Source: Selaginella moellendorffii
Lineage: Eukaryota > Plantae > Lycopodiophyta
Assembly: GCF_000143415.4 (NCBI RefSeq)
Contig: NW_003314261.1
Span: 5,730,360 to 5,794,359, forward strand
Length of the DNA stretch: 64,000 bases
Direction of reading: 5' to 3'
A program made the translations under genes and the position numbers. Below, one piece after another: positions 39,108 to 51,214 of the stretch (position 1 is its first letter; each line of letters begins with the position of its first letter). Below the pieces are notes generated by a model. That model was not told the origin of the DNA. It saw nothing but the letters and a program-made list of their open reading frames with translations, and did no database searches.

Positions 39108-40260
39108 GAAAATGAAGGAGAAAGAAAGAGCAAAAGAAGAGAAATGACAAAAAGCTGGAAAGAAATGGTAGATCTAGACAATGCAAAAAGCTAGATCTAA
39201 ACCAAAATCCTGAAAGGAAAGAACAAAAGAAAGGAAATGGAAAAAGTTAGATCTAGACAATGCAAAAGCTAGATCTAAACTGAAATCCCACATCCAAGCA
39301 CTCCCCAGGGACAATCAAAGGTGCCCCTCACCTCCACCAATGTGAGTGCATGGAATATGGAAAGGGAATACAGAAATGTGCATCTCAATTAACCCAAAAA
39401 CCCTAGCTTATATACAGGAGCGAGTGGTCCGGATTGAAACCAATCCGACGGCTACCAAAATCCACTACGCTAATATTAGTATACGGCATCGTAGCCGTAC
39501 ACTTGGCCCTCACAAATTTATATTAAAATCAGAATATATTCAATCTTGTTAACAAAATAATATTAACATTATAATAGCTTTGACTAAATTTTGATAAGTG
39601 ATCCTTTATTTTAAATTAACACTTGTACTTTAGATTGAATTTGCCCATGATAAAACTTATAACATTCATGTGTTATAATTTAATGGTGAATTTGTTGGCA
39701 CTTGAAGTAAGTTATTAAATAAGGAAGTTATGTAGTTGAAGCATTAAAATTACAAGCACCTGTATTAGTAAAAGTGGTATTTCTATGTCAAATAATTAAG
39801 TTTTTTTCTTAAAGCTTATTTTTCATCTATTTTTCTTATTAGTATTTTAAATTGTATTAGATTTGAACGTAATTGAAGAAAACTTTTAGTGTGATATGAA
39901 TATCAGAAGACTTTACCTTTATAATCAAGTGAGACCAATCAACTTACACATTATCAGAGAGGGTGAACTTGATTATCTCCTTCAACTAATATATAATACA
40001 TGTTTTTGAGGTCTTGCAGCCAGACGCAGTGATGACTTTATTAGTGCAATCAACACTAAATAGCATCTGTCAAAGGGTGTTAAATCTACATGACAATCTA
40101 AACATGCCAATGCTTCTTCTGTCTCAATCTACGATGAAGATGGTACCATTGTTGCATGAATATAAAGGGAGAAAGGTGGCAGAACATTCCACTTCCTAGT
40201 AGTGATTGTTTTCAGCCACTCTTACAAAGAGCAAAATAGTTTACGACAATGCTGGTAAAA

Positions 40261-40302
40261 CGGACCAGCTGAGCCACAACGTTTCTATCCTTGTAAACCT
40301 GG
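40261..40302 (-). pseudogene. 42-bp inverted copy of a GOX acceptor/exon segment
   Basis: Reverse complement equals 31940-31981 (ccaggtttacaaggatagaaacgttgtggctcagctggtccg). Confidence 0.85.
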
Positions 40303-40494
40303 CGAGAGAAAAAAAAAAAAGCAAGCGTCTGGAAGAAAAAAACACCCAGCAAAAGTCTGAATTTTGTTGAGCCAAAACAAGTTTCTGAGATAAGTGACAA
40401 TTATTAGTTCCACTCGCTCACAAAAAGCTTGTGTCCCACTAAGTTTCGTGGACGAAAACGTACAAGCAGCGAGAACTTACCTGACTCCCTCAAA

Positions 40495-40580
40495 GGCCCA
40501 GCTCGACTCGGCCAGCGTCTTGTCGCTTCACCCTACGTGCGTCTCCAGCTCGAGCGGCATTCTTCTGGCACCGCCCGGGC
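40495..40580 (-). pseudogene. Inverted, internally deleted fragment of the PRP22 5' coding region
   Basis: Reverse complement contains gagctggagacgcacgtagggtg.agcgacaagacgctggccgagt, matching about 44055-44172. Confidence 0.85.
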
Positions 40581-40616
40581 TCCGTTCATGGATGTAGAGT
40601 TAACAAGTCCTTGGGC

Positions 40617-41986
40617 ATGAAATCTTCCAGGAGATACACACCCTTCTCTGCTTTCTCCAGTTTCACGCCCAAGTTCTTGCAAAACAGTACATCTTGGCCT
40701 GGAAGTAAGTTACCACGATCAGCACAAGGATTGAAGATAGCTCACTCGCAATCTAATTAACTTACAGTCTTGCCTCCAGTACTCGCGAGGAAGCAAATAG
40801 TCGTTCTTGTAGTGATCCTCGTAGATCATCTGAGAAAACCGCGTAAGCTTTCCACAAAAGAGAGCACTATACTCACGTCAACCAGGTAGATGATCATGTC
40901 GTTGATCTGACTCATCCGTGTTTCCAGCGCAGGTTTGTGAACTTGATACCGCCCATTCCACGCTCTAGCTCGTATCCCCTGGAGCTCTTCCAGCGAGCAC
41001 TCGAGCATTCCCGATTCCTTCCAGCGACAGTTCTCGCACAGGCTCACAAAGACACCGCGGAATGCTGCTCCGAAAACGCTGGCTGCCGCATCGTAAAGCT
41101 CCTCGCACCTGTCCCCCTCCTCGTCGTCGGCAGCTCCCTGGAGGCTCCACTTAACGTGCTCCACGAACGACTTGGTGGTGACCCCGCACAGCTTCTGGAG
41201 CTCCGCGTGATCACTCTTGCCTCTCGTCGTCAACGTCCAGGTGTAGAGCAAGCGGCCCATTGTCTCGCTCTCGTCACTGTACGGGTGGAAGTCCCATCGT
41301 TGCTTTCGGTAAAGTCGCGAACGATTTGTGAGCCAGTCTTCGACAAAAGCACTCGTCGCAGCACTGACATTCTCGATGTCAGTGCCTCGCAGTTTCACTT
41401 CCTGAACATTGGGAAACAAAAGCATCAGATAGAGGATCGAGAAAAGTGGCAAATGCTTACTTACCTCGAGCATCTGGCGGACAGCAGCAGTGAGTTCAAT
41501 CGACTTGCACTCTATCCTTGGGACGGTATCAAGCCATGGGACAAGCAGCTCGATTATCTCCTCCGACGGTGGAGACTGGTAGTTCTCTGCGAAAAACACC
41601 AGTGCAGCGTGAGTGGCAGCGTCCGCAAGAGCCCGCGTCTCGAAAGCAGCCAGCCATTCCATCGCCTGCTCGTAGCTCTCCCCGTCAAGCTGAAGTACCA
41701 GCCAGGTATGTATAACATCGCAGGCTGCCTCACTCATGTCAAACAGCCGAGCAGCATCCTCGACGATTGTTTGTGGCATGCAAGTCGAAGGGACTTTCGC
41801 CACTGCGTCCGCCATGGCTGGAAGGTTTCTCGTGTTAGAAGTAACAATGAGAAGCAAAAAGAAACGAGAGAGAAGGCCATGTACATACATGCCAGTGCTT
41901 CTTCGGTCGCATCTATGTTGAAGGTGATACCATCCTTCTGCAACAAGGAACCTTAGCTTCTGGATCGTAAACATAAGAAACCACTT
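40617..41986 (-). repeat. Left arm of a 1370-bp inverted duplication; 5'-truncated copy of the orphan gene (lacks exon 1)
   Basis: Near-identical reverse complement of 42545-43914; mirror-image ORFs in the track. Confidence 0.95.
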
Positions 41987-42227
41987 GGTGTTTGAGCCGA
42001 TGCCAATCGCTCCCATCTCTCCTGTTCGTGGAGCTGCTCGTGATGAAAGAGGATGAAAGAGGTGCGATCTCTTCTTGTCTAGTGGTATGCCTAGGCCTCA
42101 TTTCTTGCATTGTAGAACGCTCGCTCAAGGAACGTCCATCCCTTTGCTCCATCCCGACGCTGGTAAGTCTCTCCCCTTTTATATCCCTTGTATATATACT
42201 CAAGTATATCCCAAGGCCGGAGGTACC

Positions 42228-43945
42228 ATGGCGAATCCTTTTAGCAAGTGGAGGGAGACAGAGATCGGTGAACAAGTGGAACACGTTGTGAGAGCTTTGT
42301 TCTCTCGGTTTGGTCTGGACAACACCGAGTCTCTCAGCTTCTACCACTCGACAGCCCAGCGCCAAGTTCAAGTTTGCGACCTCAAGTGGAGGATTTGGCA
42401 CCATGCCCTTCGTCACGTCCTTCAGACGACCGTCCCGGATGTTTACTTGCTCGCAATCTTCGCTGCTGACTTCTATGTACAGCAGCTGCCTCCCTTTTCC
42501 TTTATGTTCCAGGACGTGGCCAAGATTTTCGATGACGAGGTACTAAGTGGTTTCTTATGTTTACGATCCAGAAGCTAAGGCTCCTCGTTGCAGAAGGATG
42601 GTATCATCTTCAACATAGATGCGACCGAAGAAGCACTGGCATGTATGTACATGGCCTTCTCTCTCGTTTCCTTTTGCTTCTCATTGTTACTTCTAACACG
42701 AGAAACCTTCCAGCCATGGCGGACGCAGTGGCGAAAGTCCCTTCGACTTGCATGCCACAAACAATCGTCAAGGATGCTGCTCGGCTGTTTGACATGAGTG
42801 AGGCAGCCTGCGATGTTATACATACCTGGCTGGTACTTCAGCTTGACGGGGAGAGCTACGAGCAGGCGATGGAATGGCTGGCTGCTTTCGAGACGCGGGC
42901 TCTTGCGGACGCTGCCACTCACGCTGCACTGGTGTTTTTCGCAGAGAACTACCAGTCTCCACCGTCGGAGGAGATAATCGAGCTGCTTGTCCCATGGCTT
43001 GATACCGTCCCAAGGATAGAGTGCAAGTCGATTGAACTCACTGCTGCTGTCCGCCAGATGCTCGAGGTAAGTAAGCATTTGCCACTTTTCTCGATCCTCT
43101 ATCTGATGCTTTTGTTTCCCAATGTTCAGGAAGTGAAACTGCGAGGCACTGACATCGAGAATGTCAGTGCTGCGACGAGTGCTTTTGTCGAAGACTGGCT
43201 CACAAATCGTTCGCGACTTTACCGAAAGCAACGATGGGACTTCCACCCGTACAGTGACGAGAGCGAGACAATGGGCCGCTTGCTCTACACCTGGACGTTG
43301 ACGACGAGAGGCAAGAGTGATCACGCGGAGCTCCAGAAGCTGTGCGGGGTCACCACCAAGTCGTTCGTGGAGCACGTCAAGTGGAGCCTCCAGGGAGCTG
43401 CCGACGACGAGGAGGGGGACAGGTGCGAGGAGCTTTACGATGCGGCAGCCAGCGTTTTCGGAGCAGCATTCCGCGGTGTCTTTGTGAGCCTGTGCGAGAA
43501 CTGTCGCTGGAAGGAATCGGGAATGCTCGAGTGCTCGCTGGAAGAGCTCCAGGGGATACGAGCTAGAGCGTGGAATGGGCGGTATCAAGTTCACAAACCT
43601 CGGCTGGAAACACGGATGAGTCAGATCAACGACATGATCATCTACCTGGTTGACGTGAGTATAGTGCTCTCTTTTGTGGAAAGCTTACGCGGTTTTCTCA
43701 GATGATCTACGAGGATCACTACAAGAACGACTATTTGCTTCCTCGCGAGTACTGGAGGCAAGACTGTAAGTTAATTAGATTGCGAGTGAGCTATCTTCAA
43801 TCCTCGTGCTGATCGTGGTAACTTACTTCCAGGCCAAGATGTACTGTTTTGCAAGAACTTGGGCGTGAAACTGGAGAAAGCAGAGAAGGGTGTGTATCTC
43901 CTGGAAGATTTCATATTCAAATCTATGAATGTAGCGCCTTGTTAG
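42228..43945 (+). CDS. Multi-exon gene of unknown function (no family recognised)
   Basis: ATG 42228 (MANPFSKWRE...) and canonical short GT-AG introns (about 42540-42593, 42643-42713, 43067-43129, 43655-43701, 43766-43832) give a continuous frame ending KSMNVAPC*. Confidence 0.65.
42545..43914 (+). repeat. Right arm of the 1370-bp inverted duplication
   Basis: See left arm; spacer 41987-42544. Confidence 0.95.
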
Positions 43946-44031
43946 ATAAAATATGAAATGTTAGATAAAATATGGAATATTCTTGGTTTCCTTGATTTAG
44001 GGGTTGCTAGGGCTAGGGCAGAGAAGCAGCG

Positions 44032-47000
44032 ATGGAGAAAGCGAGAGACGGCGAGGCGGTGCTCCAGAAGAAGCTCGAGTACTTGTCGCTCGTGTCCAAG
44101 GTATGCGCCGAGCTGGAGACGCACGTAGGGTGCAGCGACAAGACGCTGGCCGAGTTTATCATCGAGCTGGGCCGGGGCAGCGAGAGCGTGGAGGAATTCG
44201 GCGGTAAGCTCAAGGAGAATGGGGCGGAGATGCCGGATTACTTCGTCAAGACGCTGCTGACGATCATTCACGCCATTCTGCCGCCCGTGAGGAAGGAGAA
44301 GGAGAAGGACAAGGAGAGGGACAAGGAGAGGAAGGAGAAGGAGAGAGACCGGGAGAAGGAGAAAGATAGAGAGAAGGAGAAGGAGCGAGAGAAAGAGAAC
44401 AGGGAGAGGGAAAGGGATAGAGAGCGGGACCGAGATAGGGAGAAAGATAGAGATAGAGAAAGGCACAGGGACAGGGATAGCAGGGATAGCAGGACCAGTA
44501 GGAGAAGGAGAGACGAGGAAAATGGAAGAGACCAGCGTCGGGAGCCCGAGTCCCGGCCGGAGGAGCCAGAGCTCTACAAGATCTACAAGGGCAGGGTGGC
44601 GAGGATAATGGACTTTGGCTGCTTTGTCCAGCTGAATGGGTTCTGGGGGCGCAAGGAGGGACTAGTTCATATCTCTCAGATGGCTTCTCGAAAGGTTGGG
44701 CATGCCAAGGATGCTGTGGAGAGGGACCAGGAGGTTTGGGTGAAGGTGGTGTCTTTGACGGGGCAGAAGATGAGTCTTTCTATGAGAGACGTGGACCAGA
44801 AAACCGGGGACGATTTGGTTCCTATTCACAAGCCATCAGGAAATGAAGAGGATGCGTTTAGAACCAATCCATCCATTGCCAACAAGCCGTCGACGACAAG
44901 GAAGGGTCTTTCTGGGATTCCGTTGATCGACGACGACCCAGACGTATCGCACTCCAGAAGGCCTTCGAAGAAGATGAGCTCTCCAGAGAGGTGGGAGATA
45001 AAGCAGCTGGCTGCTTCAGGGGTGGTCGGCATCCGAGAGAATCCCCTGTATGACGATGACGGTGGTGGTATGCTGTATCACGACGAGGGTGCTGAAGAAG
45101 AGCTTGAAATCGAGCTTAACGAGGACGAGCCTGCGTTTTTGAGGGGACAAACAAGATACTCGGTGGATCTCTCGCCTGTGAAGATCGTCAAGAACCCCGA
45201 CGGTTCGTTGCAGAGAGCAGCAACAACTCAGTCGGCTCTGGCTAAGGAGAGAAGGGAGCTTCGCGAACAGCAGCAGCGGACAATGCTGGATTCTATTCCC
45301 AAGGACTTGAATCGTCCATGGGAGGATCCCATGCCAGAGACAGGAGAGCGGCACCTAGCGCAGGAGCTCCGGGGTGTAGGACTGTCTGCATACGACATGC
45401 CCGAGTGGAAGAAGGATGCGTTTGGGAAGGCTCCAACTTTTGGACAACGGTCGAAGCTTTCGATTCAAGAGCAGAGGCAGAGCTTGCCGATTTATAAGCT
45501 GAAGATGGAGCTTGTGAAGGCTGTGAACGAGAACCAGGTCCTGGTCGTGATTGGTGAGACCGGCTCGGGAAAGACGACTCAGATGACACAGTACCTGGCT
45601 GAGGCGGGATACACTTCGAGGGGGAAAATCGGCTGCACGCAGCCTCGTAGAGTGGCTGCCATGTCGGTGGCGAAGAGGGTGGCGGAAGAGTTCGGTTGCC
45701 GTTTGGGTGAGGAGGTTGGATATGCTATCCGTTTCGAGGACTGCACAGGGCCCGAGACCGTCATAAAGTACATGACAGATGGTATGCTTCTCCGAGAGAT
45801 ACTTGTGGACGAAAACCTCTCGGCATACTCGGTGATCATGCTGGATGAAGCTCACGAGAGAACCATCCATACGGACGTTCTTTTCGGGTTGCTCAAGAGC
45901 CTGGTCAAGCGGCGGCCTGATTTGCGGCTGATCGTTACGTCGGCAACTCTGGACGCGGAGAAGTTCTCGGGTTACTTTTACGACTGTAACATCTTCACCA
46001 TACCGGGACGGTCATATCCAGTCGAGATTCTCTACACCAAACAGCCAGAGACCGACTACCTAGACGCGGCATTGATCACGGTGATGCAAATTCATCTTAC
46101 GGAGCCGGAGGGGGACGTCTTGCTCTTTTTGACGGGTCAAGAGGAGATCGACACCGCTTGCCAGATTTTGTATGAACGGATGAAGGGTCTGGGACCGAAC
46201 GTGCCAGAGTTGATCATCTTGCCGGTCTACAGCGCTCTTCCCAGCGAGATGCAAACTCGAATCTTCGATCCAGCTCCTGCAGGGACAAGGAAAGTCGTCG
46301 TTGCTACTAATATTGCGGAGGCGTCCCTGACAATTGATGGCATTTACTATGTCGTTGATCCGGGATTCGCAAAGCAGAAGGTGTACAACCCGAAGCTGGG
46401 ACTCGACTCACTCGTGATCACTCCTATATCTCAAGCGTCAGCGAAGCAGCGAGCTGGTCGTGCCGGAAGAACAGGTCCCGGGAAGTGTTATCGACTTTAC
46501 ACTGAGAGCTCGTTCTGGAACGAGATGCTTCCGACGACTGTGCCGGAGATACAGAGAATCAATCTCGGGATGACGGTTCTGATGATGAAGGCCATGGGGA
46601 TCAACGATTTACTCTCGTTCGACTTCATGGATCCTCCACAGTCCCAGGCGCTTATTTCTGCTATGGAGCAACTCTACAGCTTGCAAGCGTTGGATGAAGA
46701 AGGTTTGCTGACCAAGCTGGGGCGAAAGATGGCGGAGTTTCCTTTGGAGCCACCTCTGTCGAAGATGCTTCTGGCGAGCGTGGACCTTGGTTGCAGCGAC
46801 GAGATCCTCACAATCATCTCGATGCTCCAGGCGCAAAACATTTTCTATCGTCCTCGTGAGAAGCAGGCCCAGGCAGATCAGAAGAGAGCCAAGTTCTTCC
46901 AGCCGGAGGGTGATCACCTGACGTTGCTTGCTGTTTACGAGGCGTGGAGAGCTAAAAATTTCTCCGGACCATGGTGCTTCGAGAATTTTGTACAGTCTCG

Positions 47001-47507
47001 ATCACTGAGGAGAGCACAAGACGTGAGGAAGCAGCTGCTCACGATCATGGACAAGTAAGACAAGTTTTCTTTTTTCCTTTTCGTTTTTCTCATCTGTTCT
47101 TGTTTGTGTGCAGATATAAGCTGGATGTGGTTAGTGCTGGGAAGAACTTCACAAGGATCAGGAAAGCAATATGTGCTGGATTCTTCTTCCATGCCGGGCG
47201 CAAGGATCCTCAGGAAGGATACAGGACGATAGTGGAGAACCAGCCCGTCTACATTCATCCAAGCAGTGCACTGTTCCAGCGTCAGCCCGACTGGGTGATC
47301 TACCACGAGCTAGTTATGACGACGAAGGAGTACATGCGAGAAGTTACACTCATCGATCCAAAGTGGCTGGTCGAGCTCGCTCCCAGGTTCTTCAAGGAAG
47401 CCGATCCAACGAAGCTGAGCAAGAGAAAGCGGCAGGAACGTATAGAGCCGCTGTACGATCGGTACCACGAGCCGAACTCGTGGCGTCTGAGCAAACGACG
47501 AGGATAA
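44032..47507 (+). CDS. PRP22: Pre-mRNA splicing DEAH-box helicase PRP22/DHX8 (2 exons)
   Basis: RD/RE-rich region, S1 domain ([10 protein letters not shown]), [25 protein letters not shown], and C-terminal [21 protein letters not shown]. Confidence 0.97.
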
Positions 47508-47619
47508 GTGGCTGGCTAAATTTCACCATGGCACGATTGTCAAAAAGCCTCTACAGGTTTTTTCCATGGTTTTCAATTCTCTTTCACTCTCGTTTTCGAA
47601 ACTCTTCGTTTTCTACTCG

Positions 47620-48861
47620 TTACAGAAAGCAGTCTTTCCTCCGGGCATTGTTCCTAAAGAACCTGGCCGGATCAAAGTACTTCAAGTCCAAAGTCTTGCA
47701 TTCGCCATCGACGATGAGCTCCGACAAGAAGGCCCCGGTGGCCGGTCCGTTAAGAATCCCCCAGTAGCCGTGTCCGGTGGCAACGTACGCTCCCTCGACG
47801 TTTGGAAGCTTTCCAATGAGCGGCCGTCCATCTTCCGATAGCGGCATGAAGCAGGCCTGGGCGGTCTCGAGCTCGGCCCCTTGGAGGTGGGAGGAGACGG
47901 TCTCGGACACTCTCCTCAACATGGCGACGGCCTCGTTCCTGGGCTTGACTTGATCGGCAGTAGCGGGCAGCTCGGCCTCCTCGGACATGCCCGAGACGTA
48001 AACTTCGCCGGTGGGACGCGGGTAGACCTCCGGAGCGAGCTGCTTGCCTTCCCGGGTCTTGTACCTCAGCAGCAGCGCGTGCGGGGTGAGATCTTGCGAG
48101 CTCTTGGGCCGGACGACGATGCTGTGAGCCTTCCTCCCCGAGATCCTGGTGAGGTCCGAGATGGAGCTGAGATTGCTGGACCAGGGGCCGAGCGCCACCA
48201 CCGCCACCTCGGCCGGGATGAGCTCCTTGTTCACGACAACTCCCAGCAGCTTCATCCGATGTGGATCCAGGCGGAGCTCCTCCACCTCGCCGCGGATGAC
48301 CCGGACGCCAAACTCGGCCTCGGCGGCGGAGAGCACCGCTTGCGTGAAGAGAGCCGGATGGACCTGCGCGGTGGTGGTCTGGTTTCCAATCGGGGTGGCA
48401 CCTTTGACAGGGCCGTCGGTCCAGGATGGAAGAACCGAGGGGGTGGAAGCGTTCACCACCTCGCTGCCACCAGCGTGATGGCTGTCAGTGCCGGACCTTG
48501 GCTCCTCCACGACGAGGCTGAGCGTGTCGAGGGGGCGGTAGCCGTAGCGGTGCGCGCCGTCGAGCTCGGCGGCGAGGCGCTGGTGCATGAGGAAGCTGGC
48601 GCGCGCGAGCTTGCCGAGGGGGCTGCCATCGCACCAGTCGAGCGCGAGGAAGCCGCCGGCCTTGCCCGAGGCGGCGCAGGCGACGCTGCAGCGCTCCACG
48701 ACCGTGACGCGGACGCCCTTCTTGGCGAGGAAGTAGGCTGTGCAGGCGCCGATCACACCCGCGCCGCACACGATGGCGTGGCCGGGGCTGGGAGACGGGT
48801 CGCTGCTGCTGCTGCTGCTACTGGCGCTGGGATCGATTGGAGTGGGCGGAGTCGGATCCAT
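47620..48861 (-). CDS. FAD-dependent oxidoreductase, DAO family (TDA3-like), intronless
   Basis: IVCGAGVIGACTAYFL, ASGKAGGFLALDWCDG, TTAQVHP, PEVYPRPTGEVYV, ATGHGYWGILNGPATG. Confidence 0.9.
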   Translation of the reverse strand: MDPTPPTPIDPSASSSSSSSDPSPSPGHAIVCGAGVIGACTAYFLAKKGVRVTVVERCSVACAASGKAGGFLALDWCDGSPLGKLARASFLMHQRLAAELDGAHRYGYRPLDTLSLVVEEPRSGTDSHHAGGSEVVNASTPSVLPSWTDGPVKGATPIGNQTTTAQVHPALFTQAVLSAAEAEFGVRVIRGEVEELRLDPHRMKLLGVVVNKELIPAEVAVVALGPWSSNLSSISDLTRISGRKAHSIVVRPKSSQDLTPHALLLRYKTREGKQLAPEVYPRPTGEVYVSGMSEEAELPATADQVKPRNEAVAMLRRVSETVSSHLQGAELETAQACFMPLSEDGRPLIGKLPNVEGAYVATGHGYWGILNGPATGAFLSELIVDGECKTLDLKYFDPARFFRNNARRKDCFL

Positions 48862-51214
48862 TGGATTGTTGGAGGTGCCCGCGTCGCCGCCGCGCACCCT
48901 GCGCTGGCGCGGCGCGGCGGAGAGGAAAAGAAAAGACAACGGTTGGGTGTCTTGGCCCTAGGAACAGGAAGGTGAAATCTGTGCCACGTCATGTCATAGA
49001 AAACAACGATATTTTATTTGTGAATAATAAAAGATGTTTTATGATTATTTCTTGTTGTTTCCTTTATTTTTAAAGTGTATCTCTTTTTTTTTGTGAGTTC
49101 TTTTAGTCTTTTTGAATCTTTATTATTGTAATCTTTATTGAAGTCTTTGAAATGTTTTGTACTATATTTGTTATATGTTTTTTAATTAAGTTTTGTGAGT
49201 GCATGGAATATGGAAAGGGAATACAGAAATGTGCATATCAATTAACCCAAAAACCCTAGCTTATATACAGGAGCGAGTGGTCCGGATTGAAACCAATCCG
49301 ACGGCTACCAAAATCCACTACGCTAATATTAGTATACAGCATTGTAGCCGTACACTTGGCCCTCACATCATCCCCTCCTCTTGGAATAATGGAAGGCTGT
49401 TAGGGTTCTCTTGTAGATGGGCCGGGATCTGGAGGAACGTCAGGAGGAGGCATCGGTGGATCTGTAGACGGTATTAACTGCTCCTGATCCCTTTGTATGA
49501 AGCGTTTTAACCGCTGCACATGCACAATCTCCGGAGGATCAGCCTGCTGAACGTCATGCCGAACCTCATAAACTTGTGGTCCAACTTGCCGCAACACCCG
49601 ATACGGTCCTTTCCACTGCGCAAGGAGCCCCTTAGATAAACCACGCACCGTAAGATGGGGAAAACGGACTAACACCAAATCATCCACTTTGTACTCCGCT
49701 GGTGGACGATGATGGGAATTGTAGTGCCGTTGTTGTCCCACTTGTACGCGGCCTAAGTGTTCAGCAGACTCTGCTCGGACAAGTGGAAGAATGCTTGTCA
49801 AATATTGATCCCATGACCTAGCATCAGGAGCTCGTGGCAATCGCGAAGGTAAACCTAGCTCTGTTGGTAATATTGGATCATGACCATATAGAAGTTTATA
49901 TGGTGAAGCACCAACAGAACTCTACACCCCTGTGACATAAGCATACCAAAGAGACGGCAAATAACCATCCCAATCCAAATGTTGAAAGTTCACATACTTC
50001 GCAATCATCCCTTTGAATGTCCGAACGAGCCGTTCCACCAGACCGTTTGATTGTGGATGATAAGCACTCGTAAAAGTGTGGCGTATCCCCAACCGAGATG
50101 TCAAAACATGAAATACCTCAGCCATAAATGCAGGACCATTATCCGAAAGAATCCGTTCTGGACAAGAATGCTGGAACACCACTCGATTGAGGAGGAAGTA
50201 TCCAACAGCAGTTGCAGAGGCACTAGCAAGAGCACCAACTTCCACCCAACGAGTCAAGTAGTCAGAAGCAATAATAACATACTCATTGCCAGCAGTCGAT
50301 CGTGGAAAAGGTCCCATAAGATCAAACGCCACCAACTCAAACGGACGAGAAACTGCAATTGACTCCAACCGTCCTTCCGCAGCACAAGGGGGAGTATTAC
50401 GAGCTTGGCACCAAATGCAGCTACACACATACCGGATAATATCACGTCGCATCTCTGGCCAATAGAAAGATCTGCGCAACTTCTCGGTGACACGACGGTC
50501 TCCCATATGCCCACATAGAATAGGAGAATCATGGTAGGCATGGAGAAACCGCGGAATAAACACCGAAGGCACCACCAGCCGTAAATGAGCATCAGGATCC
50601 GTCCCCACAAAATAAAGAAGGCCATCTTCAAGGCGATATTAAGAATGTAAATGCCGAAAAGGCAAGTCATCAGCAAGTGATGCAGGATTCTCAAACCCAT
50701 CTCGAAGCCTTCGAATCCACGGCTCAATCTTTTGAGCCTCGCGAACCTCATCCAGAGAAGGTAGATCTTGCTCTACGCCCTGTGGACACTGAACGTCAAG
50801 GACAGCAACCGCCGATGGCACAGAATCCTCATCTAGAAAATCCACAGATGCTGGAACAACAGGTTCATCAGAAACATGAGAAGTGAGTGGAGAAGGAAGA
50901 GGAGCTCGAGAAAGGGCATCAGCATCAGCCATAGAACTCCCTGGGCGATGAACAACATCAAAATCATATATCTGAAGCTTCAAAGTGTGAGACACAAAAT
51001 CCCTAGGCCCCAAAGTGGAGCTGGAAGGGCGCCACATGGTAGTGGCCGAAGCGAGAGCCAAACGAGCGTAACACGTTTGGACCAAAAGCTCCGACTTGAA
51101 AAGTCAAGAGCGGGAGTGGAACTCCCAACGAAGTGCTCGAGGAACGAGCACGAAGCGAGCAAAAGGCGAGGCTCCAAAAAGGGACCCAAAAGGACCAACA
51201 CATGACACGTGGGA

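Larger units (their letters stand above)
34506..39514 (-). mobile_element. Full-length Ty3/gypsy LTR retrotransposon, copy A (5009 bp, non-chromovirus, disabled)
   Basis: 174-bp LTRs at 34506-34679 and 39341-39514 (TGTGAG...CTCACA; one mismatch seen), AATT TSD, PBS TGGTGGAGGTGAGGGG, PPT GAGAGGAGGGGA, domain order gag-PR-RT-RH-IN. Confidence 0.97.
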
